NCBI GenBank assembly: GCA_001643675.2 | Contig: LSRY02000046.1 | Location: 310,001 to 374,000, forward strand | Origin: Monocercomonoides exilis PA203 | Taxonomy: Eukaryota > Protista > Preaxostyla | Length of the DNA: 64,000 bases | Direction: 5' to 3' | Shown: positions 47,512-60,636 of the stretch, in pieces | How the letters are laid out: each line of letters begins with the position of its first letter | Numbering within the stretch: the stretch's first letter is position 1 | Notes under the pieces: model-generated | The model's input: the letters and a program-made list of their open reading frames with translations, nothing else | Told to the model about the DNA's origin: nothing | The model's database searches: none | Translations under genes and position numbers: made by a program

Positions 47512-50214
47512 ATGCAGCAATCACATCAATTAATAGTTCAAAATAAAAATAAAAGTGATGAAAATCCTGTTTATATAAAAACGACTTCTCCATTTTTATG
47601 TGTTGATCAAAACACTGTATCAAAAGAAGATTCACAAACAACAGAAAGAATTTCAAACGATACTGCAAATGATTACAAAGGGTCACTTGTTTTTCCTGAG
47701 AAATACTCAATTGATCGAAATCGTCCGCTCCCGATAACTTCGCGTTCTCTCCCTCCTTCAGCAAAAGAATCATATTTTAATGCGGATTCAATTATTCAAC
47801 ATCATCAAGCTGAATTGCCATCTTTTCGCTTTAATCAAGAAGAAATAAATTGTACTTTAAAATCTGCGATTGTTGGTTTCTCATCTTATGATGAGTGTTA
47901 CGTACCTCCTAAATATAAACATTCTGTTCCAGGTATTTCTTTACATATTCGCAAGCAGTATACGCCGTCAATTCAATCGGTAAGAGTTAAAGATGATGAT
48001 TTTTCTTTATTGGTTCGACATAATAATTCTCAGACTGAACGAATTCGCAAGCAATCGCCTCCAGATAGTGAAAACGCAAAGAAAATAGATGGTGGAAAAT
48101 TTTCTGAAAACTCAAGTTTCAATTCTTCTTCTCAAAGAAAAATTGACAATCACACAAGGATTGCTTCATCAAAGAATTCTTCTTCTCATTCAAATCAAAA
48201 CTCTACGAAACAATCTTCTAATTTGACTATTACTCCTCTCAAAAACAATGCAACGGAACTTTATGAAAAACAAAACGACATGCAAACTACTGAAGTACAA
48301 AGCTGTATTACGCCTGAAAAAACTGAATCACCAGTTGATAAATGTAATGAAAGAACAATAGAAAATTTACAAATATCTTCCAAAGAAAAATCGTACGTTT
48401 TGGCAGTGCCAAAAACAATTTCATTGGACCAAAGCGAAACAGATACTCAAATGACAGATCGTCAACGTCTGCCTCCTCAAGCAATCAAGCATAACAGTTC
48501 TTCTTCTATCGACACATTATTAAATTATCCTCCTCTGGAGAAAGTGCCAATCACTCATACCTCGTCCTATCTTCTACCTGCACCGTCCTCGTCTGCTTAT
48601 CAGCCATCCACACAACTGCCGCCGCGCCAGCTGCTTTCACGGCTTCCTCCGATGCTCACAACTTCGACACTCCTCCAACAGTCTGATAATCAATGTGAAC
48701 AAAATGAATGTAATACCCCTGCAAAAAAGCTGTTAGATGTTTCTTCATCATTTTCTTCTTCCTCTTCTTCTTCCTCCTCCTCCTCAATGTCTTCTTTCGC
48801 AAGATCTCCACCTGATATTCCAGTCTGCGAGCAGAGAGCTCTTTCTGCCTTTTCAACTGTTCCTGTTATTACTCATTCATTTTCTTCACGTCAAATTCAA
48901 AGTGTTTCAAGTAGAGAAAAGAGAAAAGAACACCCAATTGTTAGATCAAATGAAAGACAAATAAATGAATCAGAAAAAGAAACAGGAAAAGGATCAACAG
49001 AAGTTGAGGATCAAAACACTAATGAAAAAGATGAAAGTGTTGTAAAAAAAGAAATAGCATCCAATAACAAGAAAGATGGTATGGCGTCAGTGCATTCATC
49101 TGCATCTTCCCAATCATCCTTGCCAGCACCAGAGTTCACCCCACCTTCTTTGCAATCACCATCACCACCTCCTTCCCCTTTGCCCTCTCCTATGACTTCA
49201 TCGTCTCCATCGCCAATGCCCTCATATTCCCCTTCTTGTTTGGAACCATCCTCATCTCGTTCGCCTCTTCCTCGTCGGAACTGCCTTCCTCCTCTTCCTT
49301 CGCTTGTTTCTCAAACACTCGAAATTCCTGCCACTGAGTCAACTTTGATTGCACACTCATCTGTTTTGTCGCCTGTTCTGTCACCTTCCTTGTGCAACCA
49401 ACAAGAAACTGAGCGAAGTTACTCTGAAAGGAGTCATTCTGAAGTTTCTTCTGCTCATGTTTCCTCTTCTTCTTCCTCGTCATCGTCTTTCTCCTCGTCA
49501 TCATCATCATCTTCTTCTTCTTCTTCTTCTTCTTCTTCCACTGCATCTGCAACTACTTCTTCAGCAAATCAGCAGTTTGAGATACCCACCATCACACTCA
49601 CAAACCCCATTCGTTCTCAAAGACTTTTCAAGGCTCGCTACAAGCTTTCTCAACACAGCACTGCTGCTCCTTCATTCAGAAGCAAACTTTCTTCTTTGAA
49701 TGACTTTGACAAATATTCCTCTGTCATTTCTTCTTCTTCTGACGCTGCTGCTGCTGCTGCTTCATTTGTTTCTGCCTCTTACAAGCCGAGTGCTGCTCAC
49801 TCACAACGATCCACTTCGTTTTCTGTGTTTTCTTCGAAGCGCTCAAATAAATCGCATACCAAATCTTCTCCTGTCGCAGCCCGCAATGCATATTCTGTCT
49901 CTTCTCTGCAGAAAAACAGCTCAGTCGAGTTTTCTGACAGGTCTTCAGAACCTTCTCTGATGCTTTCTGGAAAGACAATTTCGCAATCTTCTTCCTCTTC
50001 CTCTTCCTCTTCCTTTTCCTCTTCCTCTTCCTCTTCCTTTTCCTCTTCCTCTTCCTCTTCCTCTTCCTCTTCCTCTTCCTCTTCCTCTTCCTCTTCCTCT
50101 TCCTCTTCCTCTTCCTCTTCCTCTTCCTCTTCCTCTTCCTCTTCCTCTTCCTCTTCCTCTTCCTCTTCCTCTTCCTCTTCCTCTTCCTCTTCCTCTTCTT
50201 TTCCTTGCAGGTAA
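47512..50214 (+). CDS. Hypothetical Ser/Pro-rich low-complexity protein
   Basis: 900-codon ORF with no recognisable domain. A possible donor CAG|GTAATC at 50211 means the 3' end may be spliced. Confidence 0.6.
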   Translation: MQQSHQLIVQNKNKSDENPVYIKTTSPFLCVDQNTVSKEDSQTTERISNDTANDYKGSLVFPEKYSIDRNRPLPITSRSLPPSAKESYFNADSIIQHHQAELPSFRFNQEEINCTLKSAIVGFSSYDECYVPPKYKHSVPGISLHIRKQYTPSIQSVRVKDDDFSLLVRHNNSQTERIRKQSPPDSENAKKIDGGKFSENSSFNSSSQRKIDNHTRIASSKNSSSHSNQNSTKQSSNLTITPLKNNATELYEKQNDMQTTEVQSCITPEKTESPVDKCNERTIENLQISSKEKSYVLAVPKTISLDQSETDTQMTDRQRLPPQAIKHNSSSSIDTLLNYPPLEKVPITHTSSYLLPAPSSSAYQPSTQLPPRQLLSRLPPMLTTSTLLQQSDNQCEQNECNTPAKKLLDVSSSFSSSSSSSSSSSMSSFARSPPDIPVCEQRALSAFSTVPVITHSFSSRQIQSVSSREKRKEHPIVRSNERQINESEKETGKGSTEVEDQNTNEKDESVVKKEIASNNKKDGMASVHSSASSQSSLPAPEFTPPSLQSPSPPPSPLPSPMTSSSPSPMPSYSPSCLEPSSSRSPLPRRNCLPPLPSLVSQTLEIPATESTLIAHSSVLSPVLSPSLCNQQETERSYSERSHSEVSSAHVSSSSSSSSSFSSSSSSSSSSSSSSSSTASATTSSANQQFEIPTITLTNPIRSQRLFKARYKLSQHSTAAPSFRSKLSSLNDFDKYSSVISSSSDAAAAAASFVSASYKPSAAHSQRSTSFSVFSSKRSNKSHTKSSPVAARNAYSVSSLQKNSSVEFSDRSSEPSLMLSGKTISQSSSSSSSSSFSSSSSSSFSSSSSSSSSSSSSSSSSSSSSSSSSSSSSSSSSSSSSSSSSSSSSSSSSSSSSFPCR
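49991..50196 (+). repeat. (TCTTCC)n hexanucleotide microsatellite encoding poly-Ser
   Basis: About 200 bp of tandem TCTTCC with two TTT variants near the start. Confidence 0.95.
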
Positions 50215-51487
50215 TCTGCTGTCAAGAAACAAGTGAAATCAGAGAAACAGATTAATTATTTGAAATTCAAATAGATGTTCGCAATATTTATTCCCATTCA
50301 ATTTCTGTTAGCTTTTTTTTTAATAGCATCTTTTTGGTCTCTTTATTTAAATGATGCTTCTTTCACTGAAATTTGTTCGTGTAAGCAATGTGAATGGTTA
50401 ATCACACATTCTGTCTCTCTGAATGAACCTCTTTATATTTCTTTTCTCTTCATTGCAAAAGAGACAAAATATCATCGAGATGATGAAGTGTTGAGATTAA
50501 TGTTATAAGTAATGATGAATTTTTTAGTGAGTTATTATTCATGTGATCATTTCCTCTTAAAGTGGTTCTGAATTCTTTCAATAATTATTGAATGCTTATG
50601 TTTGTTATTACAACAAATGGAATACTGTTATTTGTGTGTATGTGTTACAATTATATTTAAAAGGCTGTTGCTATTGAATCACATCGTGAATAATTGTTGC
50701 TTATCTCTCAATTTTTCTGCAATTTTTATTTATAACTAATGATGAAAATCTGATTCATTGTTGATGTGCTTTGCTCCACAAATAAGTGTTAGTCAATGCA
50801 CATGTTTTTAATTATGATTTAAGAGTTGCTTTTTTTTTATTATTGTTATTTTCTCTTGAAGTTGTTGTTTTTTATAAGTTGTGATTGAATAGATCTGCTT
50901 TTGTGACGATTAAAAGCGTATAATTTTCTCACTGTTTTGAACAGCTTTTTCACTATCCAAAGTCAATTTTGGCTTTCGTTTTCTTTTTTTTTTCCTTTTT
51001 CATTTAACAGCACTGCAATTAATTCTGTTGTTTGTGATGTTTTTCATGATTTATATCTTTTATTCTGTTTTACTTAGCATCAACAAATTCATTTCATTAT
51101 TAAAACATAAAGAAAAAAGAGAGAGAAATATTTGCCAAGCAAAAATGGTTTTTATTTAAAATGGCTTTTTTATTTTTTTTTAATAACAAATTTCACTTTC
51201 GAGAAGATGATTCAATGAAATAACAGAGAAAAGCTTATTTTTTTCTCAACAATTCTTTCTTCTTTGGCTGAAATGTGATTTGCTGAAAATAAAAGGTATT
51301 CAACTTTGTAACTCAAATGATCTTTCTTTGAGTAATATTGACTATCAAACTATCTTTCGAGAGCAAAGCTGCCTAACATACACGATTTATTTGCGGTTAA
51401 ATTTTCTGAAAAGAAGTGTAATTCAAAAAGTTTTTAAAAGAAGAGGAGGAAAAAAGTTAGAAGAAATAGAAAAATAGTATTTTGGAG

Positions 51488-53109
51488 TTATTGAGAAGTA
51501 GATGAAGGAGATGGATCTTTCTCCATATCAATTGCAGGTTCAATCTGTGGAGCAACTGCAGAAGAAGTATAAGATGGCTCCTGAGAAGTGGATGATGGAA
51601 TCGGAGAAGTGGAAGATGGTTCTGGGGAAGTGGAAGAAGAAGATGACGAGGAAGGTAAAGTGGATGAAGAGGGTGAAATATCGATTGATGAAGATGATGT
51701 TGATGATGATGAAGGAGATTCTTTGCTCTCTTCGTCTTGTTTGTCTACGAAGTTGCAACTGGATGGCAGTAAATGTGCATATTCTGGTTTCACCCTCTTG
51801 ACTATGCGCGGAGGTAATGCAGCTGCCAAAGCCTTGACCCAGTTGCCTTCATTGGCCACATATGCCACAAGAAGCTCAAACACTGATCATACAGAAAGCA
51901 GAAAATCATGTAGCAATAATAATAATAAATGAAATACGGTATCAAAGCAATTATGAAATATGATAATGCAAATTGAAATAGTTGGAAAAACACAAAATTT
52001 TGGAAAAAAGTGAAAAACACGCAAAAGAATCACAGAAAATGTTTTTATAGAATTTGAAAGAAGATGAAAAACGGTAAAAAATGTGAGGATTGGTTAGGCA
52101 TTAATAATTTAAGATAAATCAATGAATGTGCAATGTACCATGATTCACGGAAAGAACATCTCTCTGCTTCAATTCAAAATATTTCTTTATTGGCAATGAC
52201 CCTGTTTTAATTCCATATGTTGTTGAATCTGCAAAGGTTCGCCCCTGTAAAATAATCAGTTGTTATATAACAACAAGTATAAATAAAAATCAGTACCTTC
52301 AAACGATTATGATCAACCATTCCTCCGATTATGTAAACTTCATTTGGATCAAATTGGACAATTTCATTTGGTGAATCTGACGTTAAATATACAATTTTGT
52401 CTTTATCAAACACATCAATAAACGATTCTTTGTGTTTCAAAATATTCCAAGTTTGAAAGCTTTTATATCAAAGTCAAATAATCCAGAACGTTAAATAAAT
52501 GAAGAAATTTTCAAAACCCAGTAAGCTTTTCAATGTATTCCTCAATATTTCCTTTAAAACTGGTAAGATGCAATTGCAATGGTTTGTCTGCTCTTTTATT
52601 TGTTCCGTAGCAAAAATTTATTTGGCTTCTAAGACTTGCAAGCTCTTGTTCAGTTTGCATATCTGCATATGACAAATCTAATGCAACAGTTAATGTTCCT
52701 GTTGGAATAATCTTTCTTTTAGAAAGAAATAGAGCACGCGCTTCTTTTCGTTTAGCGCATTTCTCCAATGTTCTTTGCTTCAAAATTTCAAGTTCCTCTG
52801 TTTTTGGAAAATTAAATGAAAGAAAAAAATGAATCAGAAAAAATTATGATAATTATTATTTTTTGAAACTATAATATACGTAATATTAATACCTGGAGTC
52901 ATGTTTGATCTTCGCTCTTCTCTCAATTTCTTTCGTAAATTCATTTTTTCTTCTCTTCTTTCTTTTTGTATTGCTGCTCGACGCTCTAATTTTGCAAGTT
53001 TCTTTCGCTGATTCTTTGATAAAACTTTATCAAGTCCAGAGACTTTACTATCGCTTTCCTTATCCTTAATCATTGCAAGAGGCTGAATTGAGGATTCATC
53101 TGTTGACAT
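51488..53109 (-). CDS. TRM10: tRNA (guanine/adenine-N1, position 9) methyltransferase, SPOUT family, 386 aa, 5 exons
   Basis: Exons 53109-52893, 52797-52518, 52459-52297, 52244-52139 and 51882-51488. Motifs VALDLSY, QINFCYGTNKR, IVYLTSDS, YIIGGMVDHNRLKG, LPI, VLSVNHVFELL and WVKALAAALPPR. Confidence 0.95.
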
Positions 53110-53586
53110 TTTTTTATTATTTACTTATTGATCAAAAACTTTTCTATTAGAATGATAAAATGAAATTCAACATAATGAAATTCTTTGTTTATAATATCAT
53201 AATTAATGTTTATAACAGTATTGATAATAACAATTATTAGTTTTGAATTGGACAGAAAAGTGAAATGATTTCTTCAACATTTTTTCATACGAAAGAAAAG
53301 AAATTCAAAAATGATTCAACAAATAGAGACGAAGAATTTGATATGGATCAAAATCAAAATTATAAATTTGTTTTTGTTTGCATAAGTTTTTTCATAATTT
53401 TGGCAGAGGTTCACGTCGGAGTGGATGTTTGATTCTATTTCACTTTCTTCACTAAAATAATTTAACATTGAAAAAGTTATATGTGCGATTCTTTTTGAAA
53501 TTATAATATTCTTCGGATAATTTTTTTTTCAAATGTTATATCTCTTCAAAGAGGAATTATTCATTTGAAAGAAAAGAAGCATTATA

Positions 53587-54280
53587 CAGTCTAAACCGGA
53601 TATAATCACGTCGAATATTATCACATTCGTTTATTGTCACATTTTTCGATGCACCGACTTTTTTTGCTTGTTTTTCATTCATTTTTCATCGTATATGGAT
53701 GATTCTTTTTGAAAAGTCACAAATGTTTAATTTCCAAATAAATCAAAATTTTCATATTTTGCTAAATATTTTGTGAACAAATATCAAACTTAACTTAAAT
53801 GGAATCCATTACTTGAAAATGCTATTTCAAACATTCTTTAGGAGATTTGTGAGCTGAAACAGAAATTTGAGCAATATATGAAACTTTTGATTTATTTGAA
53901 AATTAAACATTTGTGACTTTTCAAAAAGAATCACCCATATAATCACAGAGCTGCAAATATATAATCACGTTTTTTTTTATTATGGGTGATTTTTTCATTG
54001 AAAAATCAATTTTGTGATAAGGAATTTCTATTATTTGATATTTCAAAAATGTGCTTAAATAAGCTCAAATAATATGTACAAATGAAAAAAATTAATTTCG
54101 CGAGTGAAAAATGCGTTTTTATGAAGAATTTTCAAAAAACAAAAATGTGACACATAAAAAATTTATTTATTTAGAGAATTTTATTATTTTCTGTGTAAAG
54201 CATCATCGTATATAATCACAATCAGATATAGTCACAAAAAGTTTTGCAAAAACCGATGTGATTATATCCGGTTTCGACTG
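53587..54280. mobile_element. pogo/Tigger-like MITE, 694 bp including a nested insertion, TA target duplication
   Basis: TA|CAGTCTAAACCGGATATAATCAC ... GTGATTATATCCGGTTTCGACTG|TA. The internal TATAATCAC motif is repeated several times. Confidence 0.88.
53696..53937. mobile_element. Mariner-like MITE, 242 bp, ~80-bp TIRs, nested in the pogo-like MITE
   Basis: TA|TGGATGATTCTTTTTGAAAAGTCACAAATGTTTAATTT ... AAATTAAACATTTGTGACTTTTCAAAAAGAATCACCCA|TA. Confidence 0.88.
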
Positions 54281-54317
54281 TAATTGTTTGCAATCCTGAT
54301 ATATAAGATTTTTTCTT

Positions 54318-54437
54318 AAAAATGTCTTTTTTGAAAGGAGTTCAAATGTTTCAGTGCTCATTTATCAACATTCAAAGTGAATTCTGAAAACCGAAATAAT
54401 AGATTGAAAAAATATGATATCAAAAAGAATCACCCAT
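54318..54437. mobile_element. Degenerate second copy of the 53696-53937 MITE family
   Basis: The right end CAAAAAGAATCACCCATA is identical to the nested MITE end. The left part TCTTTTTTGAAAGGAGTTCAAATGTTT is a diverged left TIR. Confidence 0.5.
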
Positions 54438-54993
54438 ATTTAATATCGAAAATTCATTAATCATCAAAACTTTTGAAATTTTTTTCAAATTTCAGACTCA
54501 TATCAGTTGTTTTTCTTTAAGTGAATGATGGGAGAAATTTGTCAATTTCAATTTGAAAAATATTTTTTGATGATTTTTTGGTGTTTGATTGTGTGAAACA
54601 GCGTAAATTGGATAAAACTGAATTATAATAAAACTCTTCACATTTGTTCAGGGGATTATTAGGAATTTATGCAATAAACAAAAGTGATAGGATAGTTCAT
54701 GATCTTGTTTTGTGCACAAAAAAACAGATATCAATCTTATCTGTTTGAAACGAAATGATTTGAATTTCATTTATTGCATTTGAATCTGATAAAATAAAGC
54801 TCTTTCAATCTTCAAAATGAAAAAAGAATCGATGGATATCATTCAAGATTATCAAAAACAGTGGCTTTATATAGAAGATAAGCATTCTCAATGTATTAAC
54901 ATTCGTTATGACCAACATGAATATCAAATTTTTTCCCTTCAATTATCACTTTAATCAAAATTTGAAGTTTATAAACTTCTTTTTCGGATTGCA

Positions 54994-55371
54994 CAGTTTG
55001 TGCAAAAAATACCGGACATCGCACAAAATACCGGACAAGATCGATATCTCAATAACAGCAAAATGAATAATTCTGACAATTTTCCTCAAAATATATCTCA
55101 TCAATGAAAACTCACATGATAAACAAGACTTTCAAAATATCTTCATTGGCACTCAGAAATATCAATTTTTTAAATATCTGAGAAATAAAATTTTGAGTCT
55201 CTCCAAAATTTCTATAATAATTTTTTTCTGAACATAAACAAGGAAGTTTTGAAAGTCTCGTTTATCAATTGAGTTTGTATTGATGGGGTATATTTTGAGA
55301 AAAATCATCAGAATTATTCATCTTGCGGTTGTTGAGAAATCGATCTTGTCCAGCATTTTTTGCGCAAACTG
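54994..55371. mobile_element. Tc1/mariner-type palindromic MITE, 378 bp
   Basis: CAGTTTGTGCAAAAAATACCGGACA ... TGTCCAGCATTTTTTGCGCAAACTG|TA. Imperfect inverted arms of ~170 bp (AAGATCGAT/ATCGATCTT, ATGAATAATTCTGA/TCAGAATTATTCAT, GACTTTCAAAA/TTTTGAAAGTC). The left flank is CA rather than TA. Confidence 0.85.
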
Positions 55372-55434
55372 TATTTAGAGTTCAACGATCTTGAATAAAA
55401 CTTCTTCGATGCTGAATAATTATTGGTATATAAT

Positions 55435-55660
55435 AACTTTCATATAAGGCGGACACTTTCCTAATTGCACGACAGAAGCCTTTTCTTAATAGCTTATGAA
55501 CGTAGAATTTCGATTTTCTCTCACATCATTCGTTTGGTGAATATGACAACATGAAGCATTTCAAATGATGTGGTAAAGAATCGAGATTCTACCTACATAA
55601 GCTGCAGAGAAAAGGCTTCTGTCTGGACATTAGGAAAGTGTGCACCCAACATGAAAGTTT
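55435..55660. repeat. Imperfect palindrome (~97-bp arms), probable old MITE core
   Basis: Paired blocks: AACTTTCAT/ATGAAAGTT, CACTTTCCTAAT/ATTAGGAAAGTG, GACAGAAGCCTTTTCT/AGAAAAGGCTTCTGTC, AGCTTATG/CATAAGCT and CACATCATT/AATGATGTG. Confidence 0.8.
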
Positions 55661-56323
55661 CTATGATGACTTCAAAAATAATCACCCAAATACATTCACA
55701 ATTTTTTATAACGCAAAAGAAATATTTCTACGAACGTGATGATTCAAATAACAAAAAAACTTCGAATAAATCAAGATTTGATGGTTATTTCATTGTTGAC
55801 TTGGAAATTTGATTTTAATTCAAAATTTGAAGATTTTGATAACAAAGTGAGCTCAATTGATTCTGAAAATCATTTTAGAAAGACAGAAAATAATGAACCT
55901 TTTTCTACTTTCTGTTGAAACGAAATCACATATCTACATATTAGATGTTCTAGAAATAACAAAGTTCAAAAATTTCTTTTTCTTTTTCTTAATAACTTTC
56001 CCACTTATTTTTATGTTTCATATTTTAATAAAGTCAAGAGAAAGTAACTTTTGAATAGGTCCATAAAGCCCAATCCTTCTCTCTTTTTTTTATTTTCGTT
56101 TCTTTCTTTCTTTTTTTTTAAAGAAATAATTTCTATCAAAAATATGCTCACTTCCTTCCTTATTCCTCAATCCGTGCTGCTCGAATGAATAAAACGTATT
56201 CACACATACATTATAAAAATCATCATTTTCAAATCCATTTACCCACCAATCAGTTAACTTTAAAAGTCATTTATATTTTGTGAAATACAACACTGTGAAA
56301 AAACATTAAAAATATTTGAATTT

Positions 56324-57213
<890 letters not shown>

Positions 57214-59177
57214 TTTGCGTTATTTTCACTTTCGCTGGAGGAAGCTGCGGAATTATGAAATAAAAATATTATGGGACAAAAAACAAAAAAAAATGATGAA
57301 CACATACGTTGAAATGCTTTCAAACAAAATTGTGATTGTGAGCTGAAGTTGATATTTTATCATGTGGCTGGAAATTATGATGATATTGTTTCTTCTTTAT
57401 TTTTTGGATTCAACGAAAACATTGGATATAATAAGATGAAAAGTGTTTATTTTCAAAGAAAAATTTTTTCATACCAAGCTTTGAATGCGTTCTTTGGTAC
57501 TAGAGAAAGTGAGAAAGAAAAAGCTTTAAGCAGATAAAAAAAGTTTAAGCGACAATTTCGATTAAAGAAAAGAACAGAAGAGCAGAATATTTTTCTGTTC
57601 CGTTAGTTCATTCAATTATCAACGGATTGAGCGTACTAAAACGAAATATGAATTGGACATAAATGAATGAAATTTTTTAAAGAAATTATTTTATGTTTCA
57701 AAAATTTGAAAATTTGCTTCATAAGAAATTTCGAAATATGCTTGACGAATGAACTCAACAACAATGGACAAATCATTCAAATTTCATTCACAGACCGTGG
57801 TAGACCGCTTACTAACTGTTAAAAAGGTACAATAAAGAAAAGCATCAGAATTCAAATATATTTTTGAATAATTTCTATGTGATAAGTGAGAAAAAATCGA
57901 GCTCTTCTTTCCCAGCAAATTTTTCTTTGTATAATTCCGAAGTTAAACAAGTTATTTTTGAGTCTTCAGATAAATGAAATAGTCTTTAACGTAAAATTTT
58001 TTATTTAAGACAAAAAAAAAAAAGGTCAAAAGTGTTCTTGCGTCTGATGGTGAAATGAGAAGCTGGATAAATAAATTTGATATTGAGAAAAACGTAAGAC
58101 ATTAATTCAAAATAACAAATCTTTTGTGTAAAAAATCTGAATAAGATATTTAATGGCAATAAGGATTTTGAATAATTTCTCAATTCTCAATCAAAGATGC
58201 ATAGACTCAGCATATTCATAAAGAAAATGCTCGTTGAAAAAGGCTCTAAGATGGCACAATCTGCTTTTTCGATTCAATGAGTAATTATCCATAAATCCAT
58301 CAACGAAGCTCATTAGCAAAACGAAACAAAAAAAGATTCATAAAAAAAAAAAAAACGAATGTCAAAATGCGACAGATGGTTCAAAAATGCAAGAAAATGC
58401 ACTCACTTTCACAGCTACAATTTTGATAGGTCATGAATCAATCATAATGCAAGAACACACAACATCGTATGAATACAACAAAAAAGTAGACTTGAACTTA
58501 TTTTAAAAGACATATCAATACAACCAAAATATCTTTCTTAAAAAAAACGAAATTCATCTTTCAACATAAAAATATGCATAACAAAAAAAACTTGTTTATG
58601 AATGTAAATAAAGAAAATATAACTAGATATAGATAAATAGAACATCAGAGGTTTCAAAAAAAACTCAAACGGTGCATTTATGAGTCAAAAACTTTCAAAT
58701 TATTTTTTTTAAAAAAAATTGATACAAAAACAATCAATTTCAGAAATACGAAAAAAATAGCTCAAATGGTTATAAAAAAGAGGCAAAACGTGAAAGAAAA
58801 AAAAAAAAAAATAGATTTCAAAACTTTCGAAAGGCAATTATCATTACCAAATCATAAAAATAAAAAAAGAATTCAAAACGGAAATAAATCGAAAATCCGT
58901 CTGAAAAACAATATTTCCAGACTTGGCTCAGGCACATAAGAAAGTTCTAAATTTCTTTTTAAAAATGAAGAAAATTGACAAATGTAATGAAATGAAATGA
59001 TTGCACTAGACAAAATGGATCAAATAAAGACAAAGCATGCAATAAATAAAGCAAAATGGACAACACATTAAAACTATAATACTCAAAATGTCATTAAAAA
59101 TTGAACATAAAAAAATAAAATTAAAGTTAAAGAAATGAATTGAATGAAAGCTAACAAAAACAAAATTAAAAAAACAA

Positions 59178-60158
59178 TTAAACGCACTCTTCTAAACGAA
59201 ATGTCAACAGTGAATTCAGTGTTGTGGCTGCTGAATTGTAATTTTCAGAACTGATAACACAGTTAAAAGAAAGCGCCTTAAAAAAGGATAACTCAGATAC
59301 AAAGAAATGTGAAAGAGGAATCTTAAAAAGATCTGCCCACCATTTATTGCAAGCTGGCGTATCTGTACTCATTTTATGAGCAATAACAATTGCAATCAAT
59401 AAAGACATTGGTGCGAATGGTGGAGTGAAAAGTTGTCTGCTAACTGATGATGAGCCACTAATTGCTCTATCGAGAAGGCAAATCCCATGAATTATTTCAG
59501 ATTCAAGTATGTCCCCATGAGAAACTAATGCTTGCAATATAGATTCAAATCCAGTTGATAAAGTTTTAGCTTGCTTTCGAGTTTCTTTGTCCAAGGGAAT
59601 ATTATATGGAAAAGAATATGGCTCGCTCCTTTCGCGTTGGTGAAGTCCACAACCAAGATACGGAATAATAAGCTTTTGCCATCCGTACTTCCTTTGTGAA
59701 TCTTCAATTATCTTTCCTTCAGCTCTTTCACGGGCAAAGATTGAGGAGAAAGAAAAATAAACTGAAAGTGGTTTTACAAAGGAAGTGTGCAAAATAGTCG
59801 TCGCTAGCATCGGTGAAGGAAATTTTCGATGAGCTCTTGGATGAGTTTGCGAATGTGTTGAATGTACTGCATTATATTTTGAAGGAAATTGGTAATCTGC
59901 TGCACCTTTTTGGAGCAAAGAATTTGTCGAAGCACCTTCGACGCTCTGTTCTTTCCTTTCCAAAGCAGGCAAACAGTTAGCGGATGCACTTGAAATTGGT
60001 GACTGGACGATTACACAGCTTGACGTATGAAGGTTGGGAAGAGAAGAATGCTTTTCAATAACAGTTTCGGGTACGTGAAGTGATTTAACAGTAGATGCAT
60101 GTATGGTTATGGCTGATATACATATTGCGGTCATTAGAGTTTTTGTTTCTTTGAACAA
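59178..60158 (-). CDS. Divergent Pho80/Pcl (cyclin P/U)-like cyclin
   Basis: C-terminal cyclin box: IIHGICLLDR...LLIAIVIAHKMSTDTPACNKWWADLFKIPLSHFFVSELSFFKALSFNCVISSENY. The start is uncertain (first in-frame ATG at 60134, or an upstream exon). Confidence 0.75.
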   Translation of the reverse strand: MFKETKTLMTAICISAITIHASTVKSLHVPETVIEKHSSLPNLHTSSCVIVQSPISSASANCLPALERKEQSVEGASTNSLLQKGAADYQFPSKYNAVHSTHSQTHPRAHRKFPSPMLATTILHTSFVKPLSVYFSFSSIFARERAEGKIIEDSQRKYGWQKLIIPYLGCGLHQRERSEPYSFPYNIPLDKETRKQAKTLSTGFESILQALVSHGDILESEIIHGICLLDRAISGSSSVSRQLFTPPFAPMSLLIAIVIAHKMSTDTPACNKWWADLFKIPLSHFFVSELSFFKALSFNCVISSENYNSAATTLNSLLTFRLEECV

Positions 60159-60636
60159 AATTGAGAGATCTTAACCCAACATAAAGCAGAAAAAGTCAAA
60201 ATAGGAAAAACATTCGTGTTGTTTATTTTTTATATTGGGTTAAATTATGAAGACCTTTTTTCAGCCTTGTTCCGATTAGTCACAATGTTTTAAGAAAAAT
60301 CTGCATTTGCTTTTCATATCTTTGTGAATATTTTTATTATCCCCCAACATCATTTCAGGAGTTAATCAATTTGCTAAGAATTATGATGTCGAAAATAGAC
60401 TTTTATAACTTAATAAAAATGTACGTATCAACAAAATATTTTCATTCTATTGATGGATCAATACTGACAATGAAACTGAAGATTCCCTTTAAATCCATTT
60501 ATTAATTCTTTCTTTCTTTCTTTCTTTCTTTTTAATTTTTGATTCAATTTTGAAACAATCACAGAAAGAAAAATATATGTATTAACTTTTCTATGAATTG
60601 AAGTGGCGTTAACACAACAAAAAACACTTATTTAGT

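Noticed and set aside
49797-50232. Poly-Glu and (RG)n minus-strand ORFs
   Set aside because: Alternative readings of the (TCTTCC)n microsatellite.
53587-54240. Repeated TATAATCAC motifs as a CRISPR-like array
   Set aside because: The motifs are short and irregularly spaced, lie inside a TIR element in a eukaryote, and have no cas genes nearby.
57300-58350. Possible decayed transposase (GRP and ASDG...W motifs) or ncRNA upstream of RPL9
   Set aside because: The fragments are too short and stop-ridden to support a call without a search.
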